Positions 10,476-20,790 of a stretch of DNA of 34,111 bases are shown here, piece after piece. Below the pieces are notes generated by a model. It saw nothing but the letters and a program-made list of their open reading frames with translations, searched no databases and was not told the origin of the DNA. Origin of the DNA: Chiloscyllium plagiosum (Eukaryota); contig NC_057719.1 of the NCBI RefSeq assembly GCF_004010195.1, positions 15,058,969 through 15,093,079 of the forward strand. The letters run 5' to 3'. A program made the translations under genes and the position numbers. Within the stretch, counting starts at the first letter, position 1, and every line of letters starts with the position of its first letter.

Positions 10476-11601
10476 TGCATTCACAATGCTTCACATTTTG
10501 CAAACTGGAGCAGTCAATACTGCATTTAAACCATGAGACTATGGGTTATAGTTCAAATACTACAGATGCATGCAATGTTCCCTTGCCTCAGCGCCATAAT
10601 CTCATTCCCTCCTGTAGCTCATCGAAGATCAACAAGCTTCTTTAAGATTAATTCTCTTTTTCCCTTCCTACTCTCTCCACCCCTTAGCTAAAAGAACAGG
10701 AAACCCTGCCAATCTCCTGCAACTGTTCAGATTTAAGCAGACCCTCCTTTGTTGGCCATTTGCCACATTGTTGTCCAAAATGTCCAAAGCGATTGTGATG
10801 TTTCACGGCAACGAATCAAGATGAAAACTCTTCCCACTGCTCTGTGTTGCAACTCACAGGAGCAATCAGAGCTGTATGACTGAGTGGCAAGGGAGTAATT
10901 TCAAAAATACCACTAGACAATCTGTTTATCTTAAAACGGCTATTTGTGTATCTTATAAGCTGCCAGCCAACTCTCCTCTACCTGATTACTGCCACTTGAC
11001 CACTCTAGCACTGTTTCCTCTCACTCTGGGTGTGTTTTTGGCTGATCTTGGTCACAGTCTCATTGGTGCAGGGCTGTTGTCTCAAGTTCTTAAGCTTATC
11101 AGGAGAATGCAGCAAACCCTGAATAGAATGGGCACTGGTGGGAACTGTTAGGGTCATATTTACAAATTTAACACCATTAAGAAAATTATTCTTTTATCAG
11201 AGATTATACTTTGATGCAATCTACTCTGTTTAAAGAACTGAGTACAATGGGTGTGGATAAGAAGCATTTTGTTTTTTTCAAAAATAAACATAACTTAAGC
11301 CAGAACAAAAGTAACCCTTTAGAGGTTTGGAAAATATAAGTTTAATTTGAGAGGCTGTGACAATTTTGTTTGCTTGCCCCTCTGCTGCAATATGTAGACT
11401 TGCCTCTTGTTCCCTAGATGTGATGGGGGGGGATTGAAAAAGTATCAGAGTCATTTGTTAATTCTTTAGCCAAAAAACTCTACCAGGAATTGAAGATGCT
11501 GATCAAATCAGCTCCCCCTATCTCTGCCATCATCAGTGTTTCCATCCTCCCAGCAGTTGTCTCAGGCTGAACAAGAGTATTGTTTGTCTTGTTTGTTATT
11601 T

Positions 11602-11941
11602 CATAGAATCCCTACAATGTGGAAGCAGGCCACTTGGCCCATCAAGTCCAGACTGAGCCTCTGAACAGTATCCCACCCAGACCACCCTATCCCTCCAACC
11701 CTGTATTTCCCATGGCTAATCCAGCTAGCCTGCACACCCCTAGACATTACAGGGCAATTTGGTGCAGCCAGTCCACCTAAGCTACATTATCTTTGGACTG
11801 TTGGATGAAACCAGAGCAATCGCAGGAAACTCACATAGACACAGGGAGAATGTGCAAACTCCACACAGACAGTCGCCTGAGGCTAGAATTGAACCTGGGT
11901 CCCTGGTGCTGTGAGGCAGCAGTGCTAACTACTACCCACTT
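11602..11941 (-). mobile_element. HE1-type tRNA-derived SINE, near full length
   Basis: Antisense of the tRNA head (ttagcactgctgcctcacagc...ggttcaattc), the V-domain (gtgtggagtttgcacattctccc) and a CR1-like tail. Confidence 0.9.
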
Positions 11942-12089
11942 GGCTATGATCTGAGCTCTGGCTTCATACGCTCTTGATCAAAAACACTACTTATTCCAAC
12001 CTCTGTAACAAAAGCCATCACTGCCCTTTCCTCAACCTGAAAATCATTATCATTGCCCTTTATCCCCTTTATCCACCAATTGTTGCCTA

Positions 12090-12280
12090 CATGAAAGAAA
12101 GAGAATCTTCGTACTTGGATAACGCCATTCAAAATATTCCAACGAATAATCAACCCAATCAATAAAGCACATTTAACCAATAATGATTGTTCTGAAGTGG
12201 GAAATGCACATCAATAAATTTGTACAAAGCAAAATTTCACAAACAGTAACATTCTAATAACTTGATAATTTGCTCTTAAT
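12090..12280 (-). mobile_element. Highly decayed DeuSINE-like (SacSINE/AmnSINE-type) 3' fragment
   Basis: gggaaatgcacatcaataaatttgtacaaagcaaaatttcacaaacagtaac resembles the antisense Deu-domain as I recall it. Not aligned computationally. Confidence 0.4.
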
Positions 12281-12285
12281 TACAT

Positions 12286-12385
12286 CAAAACAGAAAGTAC
12301 TGAAGAAGTTCAGCGGGTCTAACAACATCCGGGGAGAGAGAAACAGAGATAACACTTTAAATTCAATATGACTCTTCTTCAAAGG
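12286..12385 (-). mobile_element. Decayed Penelope-like terminal fragment
   Basis: Collinear with 2105-2201 (aaaacagaaa...tcagc..gtct..ca.c...gagaga.a..cag.g.taa...tcttca). Confidence 0.5.
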
Positions 12386-12497
12386 GACTGTCCATGCTGT
12401 GACAGAGGGGGAGGAGGAACAAGTGGACCAGATGGTGAGGATGATCAGATCAAAAGACAGAGGGAGTGCAACGGTAGTAGATGTGAACAGAAATTAA

Positions 12498-13020
12498 CAT
12501 TCACACCACAAAAAAAGTCAGGTAATGACCATCTCCAAATATGAGGATCTAACCATCATCCCTTGACATTCAATGGTATATTAGTTGTCATCTTGCAAAC
12601 GTTTGTAGATTCTAATACAATCCTGAGAGATTTAATGGCAACAAATGTAACCTTACTGTTTGAAAAAGGAGGGAATGAGAATTGGGAATTACAGACCAGT
12701 TAGCCTATCATCAGTACTTAGGGAAAAGGCTGGACTTTTTTATAAAGGGTGAGATAATAAAACACATGAAAGGGAAATGATGATTGATAAGTCTACTGTT
12801 TCTTTTGAGGACATAATGAATAGAATAGATGAAGGAGACCAAGTGGATGTTGTGAAGTTGAATATTCCAAAAGCTTTTGATAAATCCTACATAAAAGGTT
12901 AGGGTGCAAAATGAAAGGTAATAGAGAATTGATTATCAGATAGGGAACAGAATAGGAATAAGTGGGTCATTTTTGGAGTGGAAGGTGGTGAGAAGTGGGG
13001 TTCCACAGGAACCAATGTTT
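12498..13020 (+). mobile_element. Degenerate CR1 RT fragments
   Basis: Remnants of NVTLLFEKG, NYRPVSLSSV, VDVVKLNIPKAFDK, SGVPQ. Confidence 0.65.
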
Positions 13021-13025
13021 GACTT

Positions 13026-13157
13026 TGAAATAACTGCACAGAGGCTGGTATCCCGTCACCATTCCACCCTTCATTTTCTTGTACACAGTGCACTAGCTGT
13101 GACCAGCCAGCTCAGAGCCAGTCCCTGAACTGAGGAGATTCGAAACCCGCTGTTAAT
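13026..13157 (-). repeat. LTR-like (R-U5-like) repeat next to the 3' end of Tx1 copy 1
   Basis: Starts TGAAATA (minus-strand end ...TATTTCA). Homologous to 15670-15800 (gaggctg.tatcc..tca.ca...caccctt.attt). Confidence 0.5.
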
Positions 13158-13908
13158 TTTTTTCTTTTTTTTAACTTATATTTTCCCTAGCACCCATGTT
13201 GTGTGTGTGCAGATGTGAGACACAGTGAAAGACAACAGGTTATACAAATCTTTATTCAACTTCCGCCACCAGGAAGAAAGAAAACACCCGAGTGGCCAGT
13301 GACAAGCAGTGCCCTTCTCAGAGGCAATGCTGCATGATCAAAAAAGTGAAGGGGAGGGCAAGGATTAACTCAAAATAGAGTTGGAGGAGGAAATAATACA
13401 ATCCGCTCCCTGTCCACCTTTCCCTGAAAATCTCAAGAGTGTTTGTGGACACTTCTCGAGGGACACCCGGGCTCTGACATAACCACAAAAGGGGGGAAGG
13501 CAATCAGCCCAAATGGCCTCTTCCACAGCCCACTGCCTGGACCTGTTTATGGCCAGTTTGGCCAGGCCTTGGAGCAGACCCATGAGGAGGTCCTCTGACC
13601 TACCCTCCCCTTCTCCGTACCGGGTGCTCGAAGATCAGGAGAGTGGGACTGAAGTGCAACCTGAAACAGAAAAGAGGGTCTGTAAGAAAATCAAAAAGGG
13701 AGTGCAAACACCCACACCCAATATATACATGCTCCACAGACTCCACAGCACCACAAGAACAAGCAGTTGGGCTGTGAGTCCGTGAACCACCGCAATCTGC
13801 GGTTGCAGGGGACCGCTGCGTGCAGCACCCTCCACCCCAAATCCCCAAGAGAAAGGGAGAGGACTCCCGTGTAGAGAGACCTCCATTGGGATCTCCACCG
13901 CCTGGTGG
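13158..13908 (-). mobile_element. Tx1-clade (L1/Tx1) LINE 3' fragment, copy 1
   Basis: Frameshifted LGDLGWRVLHA...CGAVESVEHVYIGC (CCHC knuckle, zf-RVT-like)...LAKLAINRSRQ...FRERW. AATAAA in the 3' UTR and an A-rich tail. Confidence 0.85.
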
Positions 13909-13936
13909 ACCCACTGTTTATTTTTTTCTAAAGAGC

Positions 13937-14018
13937 AGAGTCCTTCACTCACAGTGATCCAGCTCCCTTAGACGCAGCTCTCAGCGTAAACAGGATGTCT
14001 GATTCACCTGTTTATATA
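13937..14018 (-). repeat. Partial copy of the same LTR-like repeat between Tx1 copies 1 and 2
   Basis: agagtcctt...tgatccagctccct.agacgcagctctc matches 15728-15770. The minus strand has TATATAAACAGG at 14007-14018. Confidence 0.65.
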
Positions 14019-14743
14019 TTTTTTCTTTTCTTTTTCTCTCCCAGCACCCATGTTATGTGTGTGCAGGTGTGAGACACAGTGAAAGACAGAAGGTGTACAA
14101 TCTTTATTCAATTTCCACAACCAGGAAGAAATGAACCACCCGACTGGCCAGTGACAAGCAGTACCCTACACAAAGGGCAATGCTGTGTGATCAAACCGTG
14201 AAGGGGAGGTCAGGGATTAAATCAAAATAGAGTTGGAGGGGGAAATAATGCACTCCACTCCCTGTGGCACCCACCTCTCCCTGAACAAGTCCAGGGTGTT
14301 GGTGAACACCGTGTGCTCCTTCTCCAGACACCCAGGCTCTGACATAACTGCAGAAGAGAGGCAGACAATGGGACTGAACGACCTCCTCCACAGCCTGCTG
14401 CCTGGACCTGTTTATGGCCAGTTTGGCCAGGCCCAGGAGCAAACCCACGAGGAGGTCCTCAGACCTGCCTTCCCCCCTCCGTACCGGGTGCTCGAAGATC
14501 AGGAGAGTGGGACTGAAGTGCAACCAGAAACAGAGAAGAGGGTCTTTAAGAAAATCAAAAAGGGAGTGCAAACACCCACACCCAATATATACATGCTCCA
14601 TGGACTCCAATGCACCACAAGAACAAGCAGTTGGGCTGTGAGTCCGTGAACCACCGCAGCACCCTCCACCCCAGATCGCCGAGAGAAAGGGAGAGGACTC
14701 CCGCGTAGAGAGACCTCCACTGGGGATCCTCACCACCCAGTGG
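14019..14743 (-). mobile_element. Tx1-clade LINE 3' fragment, copy 2
   Basis: CGALESMEHVYIGCGCLHSLFDFLKDPLLCFWLHFSPTLLIFEHP...GLLLGLAKLAINRSRQ. Collinear with copy 1. Confidence 0.85.
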
Positions 14744-15669
14744 ACCTCTTGTTTATTTTTAAAATTTTTTTTAAAGGAAGGCCAACCGGAACACATTGGG
14801 ATTGCAGAACTTTCAGGCAAATTTCCAGCCTGAGACATCCTGACGGGCAATGCTGCTGCAAGTTCTACAAATAGCACTCTAAGGTTGGTGAGGGAACCAA
14901 GGGAAAGACCTGCCCCTTTTTTTCACTTGATCTCTAGGACCATTTTCATGTCCTGAGTTTTTGAAAGGCAAATTGTTAGCTGGAGGAATTTTCTTTATAG
15001 AAAAGATAGTTAGGAACAAATTATTAGTAAATATGGTTTGACATATAGCTGCATTGTCATATTTAGTAAATCTCCTCAGTTAAATGAAGGAAAGGTTGTT
15101 GGTCCATTTAATTGATTGAACACAAAAAAGAAGAAGAAAAGACAATGGGAGACAGCTTTAGACTGATAAAGTAAGGACTGGCCAAACACAGATTATTCAT
15201 TTTCAAAATCAGCAGGCTGTGTAGTGGAGAAAGGCATTTGGAAAACAATTGAAAACAGAGACCAACACTAGCTATCACATAATTGCTGAGATTAGGTTAC
15301 ATCTGAAAACTAATTTGTTTCAGGGCACCTTTTAAATTAAAAGGGAGGCAGATACAGCAAAAGAAATCAATCAGCAGGAAAGAAATTAATTTGTTCTGTA
15401 TTATCAGCACAAATGCTGAATCCAAATTAAATTTACCGGCATCTTGAAGATATGAGGTTTATTAGTTAGTGATGATACTAGTAATATCACAATACATCCA
15501 TTTAGGAATGAGATCAACACAGACACTTAAAAAGTGACCATTTGACAGCTCTGTGCCTTAGTAATCCAAATTGAGCCTGATATTTTATCTCACCCCATTA
15601 ACATTTACTTTATTGTTTCAAATATTCATCCATATTTCCTCTAAAATGAACAGTATTCCTTTCCTCAAC

Positions 15670-15800
15670 TGAAATACCTCCTTAGAGGCTGATATCCGAT
15701 CATCAAATCACCCTTTATTTACACATGGAGAGTCCTTGACACTGATCCAGCTCCCTCAGACGCAGCTCTCTGAGTGAGCAGAACCTCTAACACTCATTCA
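15670..15800 (-). repeat. LTR-like (R-U5-like) repeat next to the 3' end of Tx1 copy 3
   Basis: Starts TGAAATA and contains a minus-strand AATAAA (ctttattt). Homologous to 13026-13157 and 13937-14018. Confidence 0.55.
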
Positions 15801-16551
15801 TTTTTTTGTTTTTTTGGGGGGTGTGGGACACAGTGAAAGACACAGGTGTATAAATCTTTATTCAATTTCCACAACTAGGAAGAAAAGAAACACCCTGTTT
15901 CCTCACACAGTCCAAAGATGTGCAAGTCAGGTGAATTAGCCATGCTAAATTGCCCATAGTGTTCATCAGAGGGAAATGGATCTGGGTGGGTTACTCTTCA
16001 GAGGGTTGGTGTGGACTGGTTGGGCCAAAGGGCCTGTTTCCACACTGAAGGAAATCTAATCTAAAAAACCCATGTGGCCAGTGACAAGCAGTGGCCTTCA
16101 CATCAAAGGGCAATGTTGCGTGATCAAACCATGAGGGGAGGGCAGGGATTAAATCAAAATGGAGTTGGAGGGGGACATAATACTCTCCATTCCCTGCGGC
16201 ACCCACCTCTCCCTGAACAACTCAAGGGTGTTGGTGGACACCGCGTGCTCCTTCTCCAGAGACACCTGAGCTCTGACGTAACCGCGGAAGAGGGGCAGGC
16301 AATGGGACTGAAGTGCAACCAAAAACAGAGAAGGAGGCTTTTAAGAAAATCAAAAAGGGAGTGCAAATGCCCACACTCAATATATACATGGTCCATGGAC
16401 TTCACAGCACCGCAGAACAAACAGTTGGGCTGGGAGTCCGTGAACCATCGCAATCTGCGGTTGCAGGGAACCACTGCGTGCAGCACCCTCCATCCCAGAT
16501 CCCCAAGAGAAAGGGGAGGACTTCCACATAGAGATCCCCATCACCCAGTGG
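15801..16551 (-). mobile_element. Tx1-clade LINE 3' fragment, copy 3 (SINE insertion and internal deletion)
   Basis: LHAVVPCNRRLRWFTDSQPNCLFCGAVKSMDHVYIEC, an intact CCHC zinc knuckle. Confidence 0.85.
15896..16063 (+). mobile_element. 5'-truncated HE1-type SINE inside Tx1 copy 3
   Basis: ccaaagatgtgcaagtcaggtgaatt...gggccaaagggcctgtttccacactg with an (AATCT)n tail. Imperfect TSD aaacaccc / aaaaaccc. Confidence 0.9.
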
Positions 16552-16632
16552 ACCCGTTGTTTATTTTTTTTCTTTCTTTTATGTCTGCCACTCTTGTTTT
16601 ATTTTCTTTTTACACCCGCACTACCGCCAAAC

Positions 16633-17120
16633 TCTGGGACACCTGCACCCCAATGCCCTGTGGCTGAACACTTCAACTCCCCCTCCCACTCCATTAAGGA
16701 CATGCAGTCCTGGGCCTCCTCCACCGCCAAACCATTACCACCCGACACCTGGAGGAGGAACGCCTCATATTTCGCCTTAGGAACCTGCAACCACGCGGGA
16801 TAAATGTGGATTCCAACAACTTCATCATTTTCCCTGCCCCCACATTATCCCAGTCCCAAGCCTCCAATGCGGCACCACTCTCCGGACCTGTTCATCACTG
16901 CCCCCTCTGACCTATCACCTTCTCCCTCACCTTCATCCACCTATCGTTTTCCCAGTTACTTTCCCCTCAACCCCACCCTCTCCCATTTATCTCTCAGCCC
17001 TGGCCCACAAGCCTCATTCCCGATGAAGAGCTTATGCCTGAAACTTCGATTCTCCTGCCCCTTCGGATGCTGCCTAACCTGCTGTGCTTTTCTAGCACCA
17101 CACTCTCGACTCTGATCTCA
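16633..17120 (+). mobile_element. Penelope-like element 3' end (GIY-YIG C-terminus, 3' UTR, mutated hammerhead)
   Basis: Across frameshifts PVAEHFNSPSHSIKDMQ / LGLLHRQTITTRHLEEERLIFRLG / LQPRGINVD. Terminus related to 7542-7612. Confidence 0.85.
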
Positions 17121-17336
17121 TCTCAGCCTCAGCTCTACTTTCCTGCCCGCTCTCCATAACCTTTAATCCAGTTACTAAGTAAACTCAGTTCACATTTTGG
17201 GAGAGGCAGGATAGGCAACCAGGAGGCTGAAATTTAACTATCAAATTGAGGTCGTGTGACTCATATTTAACCACAATTTTAAATTTACCTCAGGTCAGAC
17301 AAACTACAGTATTTAATGTTGGTCATGGGAGTAGTT

Positions 17337-17501
17337 CAAAACGTGTGGTGCTGGAAACGCACAGCTGGTCAATGAAGAAGTTTCTTGATGAAGAGCTTAT
17401 GCTCGAAACATCGACTCGCCTGTTCCTCAGATGCTGCCTGACCTGCTGTGCTTTTCCAGCACCCCATCTGATCTCCAGCATCTGCAGTTCTCACTTTCTC
17501 T
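17337..17501. mobile_element. PLE-derived fold-back mini-insertion
   Basis: Arms 17347-17371 / 17439-17463 (2 mismatches in 25). Mutated HHR TTGATGA-A-GAGC-TTAT-GCTC-GAAA-CATC. TSD atgggagtagtt (17325-17336) / atgggagtggtt (17502-17513). Confidence 0.8.
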
Positions 17502-18189
17502 ATGGGAGTGGTTACTGGTTAGAGGAACTCTGGAAACTCCATCTTTTCTCTTCAGGAGGCTTGGTGTCATCCCAGCAGAATCAGGCATTTACCTGGTCAG
17601 CATCTGGTTTCCTGTTGAATTAAGCCCCGTGCATGGTGGAAATTTCATCCCGAGAACTGCCAGCCAGTCAGAAGCTGGCAGATCTCTAGCACCAGTAGCA
17701 CCACAGTGGGGCCACAGCCAGTATTGCATATGGGCCTTCACCAGGTACAATACTGGATCCCTGGAAAAAAAGTGTGGAAAGGATGGGAGTAGCAGGGGAA
17801 TGCAGAGGTGGGGCACCAGAGCTCAGGGTGGAGTTTAGTTGAAAGCAAGAGCAAAGAGATGACTTTCTGCCAGATCACCTCACCTGGTGCTGGGATTCTT
17901 GACTGGGAAAAAAGAACAAGGGATTCCCCAGTCTTTGCTGGGCAATCTTCCTAGATGGATGATTGAATACCAGCAGTCACACCCCTTAAGTAGCTACTTC
18001 ATGGTCCCACTGGTGTTCTAGGTTGGAGGTCACTCATATGTGTGTGAAGCTTGATCGGGGTGGGGAGGGGGTAGGGGTAATCAGGAAACTGGTGAGATCC
18101 TATTACATAGTCTGACTCACCTCCAAACTTCCCTCAGCTGGGGCAGGGTGTCATCAAATCTTGATACCATCTTGAAGCCAGCTCTACAA

Positions 18190-19285
18190 GCATTCAGGCA
18201 GAACTCCTGTAAAATGAACTTCAATGGAGTCCACATTGTGAGAAGATGACTGAAAAGTCCTGTTGTCTCAACTCACAAATACTGAACATTACAGGGCACT
18301 CTTAACAACCTCCCCACCCACCCCAGCCCCCAACCTTAATGTGCTGTAGAATTGACATCCATGACTAGGAGGAGTTCGCTGCTACAATAACTGATCCATA
18401 AAGCCGTATCACATTTTCATTCCTGACACCTTAATGATGAGGCAGAGCAGCAGCAGAGAATGAAAGGAAAGGAAGCAAATCCAGATCCTACTGTCATGTT
18501 GGATATTCTATCCCATTTGACCAAAAATGTGTCAGTTAAGGCTGCCTTTTCAGTCACATGACCCATTGCACAAATTCATGTGCGGGAGAGAAGATGACGA
18601 CAAAATTCCACCTCAGTTTTCTAAGCTCCAGGAAACCTAGTGGCCAATGGAACCTTCCTTTCATTATATCTTAGATTCACTCTGACCCAAACCCTTGGTC
18701 TTGCATTGGGCCTTTCATCTCTCCAGCTCCTTGCGTCCCTTGCCCTGGTTTTGGACTTCAACCTTAGTTCCGCATCAATGATATTGTTAATATTCTGTTG
18801 GTTTACCCAATGTGATGGCATGTCCCATGTATCTTTAGGATGTTTATACTTTACCCAGTGGATAGTTTCTGTTGATGTCCTTTGGTAAAATTATCCATCT
18901 CATTTCAGGCTTTGACTACGATTCTTTTTAGTTTCTACTTCGAGCACAATTTGAATGGGTTTCTCCAAAGATAAACCTTCAAACAACAATTTAGTTTCTC
19001 ATGAATTCTGATTTCACAGCTCCATAGTCAGTTTTCTATTCATTTTTAAAGATACTAATGATTCACCTGGATGCTGAACTCTTCTATTAAAAATTCCTCT
19101 TACAAAAATTGGTTGTTCTCTGATTTAAATAATTGTTAAAACCTTGAAGAACTTCCAGAAGGGTACCTGCACCTTCTTTTATATATTGATGATTTTATAA
19201 TATTATTTGCTACAAGTCCCATTGGCTAAAATAGAGGGTTTAATTGTTCAACTTGAGATTTGGTATTTAATTTTGTAAAGCGTCA
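18190..19285 (-). pseudogene. Decayed Gypsy-type LTR retrotransposon gag with possible protease/RNase H remnants
   Basis: Minus-strand pieces in order: KLNTKSQVEQLNPLF*PMG, FNNYLN, IFVRGIFNRRVQHPGES, DYGAVKSEFMRN*IVV, LSLEKPIQIVLEVE, a decayed knuckle, and weak VIVAANSS (ADAS-like) near 18380-18405. Confidence 0.65.
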
Positions 19286-19962
19286 GTGTCCCTGAAAGTT
19301 GCCACCCAGGTTGACAGTGCTGTTAAGAAGGCATATGGTGTGTTAGGTTTCATTCATAGAGGGATTGAGTTCCGGAGCCGCAATATCATGCTGCAACTAT
19401 ACAAAACGCTACTGCGGCCACACTTGGAATATTGTGTACAGTTCTGGTCGCCATATTTTGGGAAGGATGTGGAAGCATTGGAAAAGGTGCAGAGGAGATT
19501 TACCTGGATGGTGTCTGGTCTGGAGGAAAGGTCTTATGAGATAAGGCTGTGAGACTTGCGTCTGTTCTCATTGGAAAGAAGAAGGCTAAGAGGGGATTTG
19601 ATAGAGACATACAAGCAAGATGATCAGAGGATTAGATAGGGTAGACAGTGAAAGTCTTTTTTCCTAGGATGATGACGTCACCTTGTACGAGGGGGCATAA
19701 CTACAAATTGAGGGGTGATAGATTTAAGACAAATGTCAGAGGCAGGTTCTTTACTCAGAGAGTGGTAAAGGCGTAGAATGCCCGACCTGCCAATGTAGTT
19801 AACTCAGCCACATTCGGGAGATTTAAAAACTCCTTAGATAAGCCCATGAATGATGATGGGATAGTGTAGGGGGACGAGCTGAGAATAGTTCATAGGTTGG
19901 CGCAACATCGAGGGCCATAGGGCCTGTTTTGCGCTGTATTGTTCTATGCTCTATGTTCTATG
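19286..19962 (+). mobile_element. CR1-clade LINE 3' fragment
   Basis: SLKVATQVDSAVKKAYGVLGFIHRGIEFRS...[14 protein letters not shown] with a (TTCTATG)n-like tail. Confidence 0.95.
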
Positions 19963-19993
19963 TATTTTGAGGACTGTTTTCTCCTAGGTACCC

Positions 19994-20790
19994 AAAGAAC
20001 AAAGACCAATACAGCACAGGAACAGGCCCTTCAGCCCTCCAAGCCTGCTCTGACATATTTTGTCCTTCCATACTAAAATTGTCTTCACTTACAGGACCTG
20101 TATCCCTCTATTCCTTTCCTATTTATGTATTCGTCCAGGTGCTTCCTGAATGTTGCAATTATATCTGCTTCCACCATCTCCTCTGGCATCATGTTCCAAG
20201 CACTCACCACCCTTTGTCTGAAAAACCTGCCTCGCACATCTCTTTTAAACTTCCTCCCCTTACACCTTCAACCTGTGTCCCCTCATAATTGACCCCTCCA
20301 TCCTGGGAAAAAAAACCTCATACTTCCCACTCTATCCATGCCATTTGCAATCTTATAAACTTCTATCAAGTTGTCCCTCAACCTCCTGCATTCCAGGGAA
20401 AACAAACTCAGTTTATCCAACCTTTCTTTATAGTTAAAATCGCCCATACAAGGCAGCACCTTGGTAAACCTTTTCTGTAACCTCTCCAAAGCATCCACAT
20501 CCTTCTGGTAGTGTGGTGACACAATAGTCCAAATCTGGCTTAATTAAAGTTCTATAAAGCTGCAGCATAACTCATCTATCCTTATACTCAATGCCCCTTC
20601 TCATGAAGGCAAGCATGCCATAGGCCTTTTTTACTGCTTTATCTACCTGCACTGTCACCTTCAGTGATCTGTGGACCTGTACACCTAGATCCCTCTGCGT
20701 ATCAATGCTCCTAAGGGTTCTGCCATTCACTGTGTAATTTGCACCTGTACTTGACCTTCCAAAATGCATCACCCCACATTTGTCCAATCT
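19994..20790 (-). mobile_element. CR1-clade LINE 3' fragment, tail-to-tail with the previous copy
   Basis: LDKCGVMHFGRS...QRDLGVQVHRSLK and SPHYQKDVDALERLQKRFT. Confidence 0.95.

Noticed and set aside
14191..14877. 228-aa ORF as a host zinc-finger gene
   Set aside because: Frameshifted Tx1 ORF2 C-terminus fused by chance to flanking sequence, present three times.
17016..17051. Additional hammerhead ribozymes here and at ~17385, ~22045-22075 and ~31830
   Set aside because: Core nucleotides are mutated (CCGATGA, TTGATGA, lost GAAA), so they are unlikely to be active.
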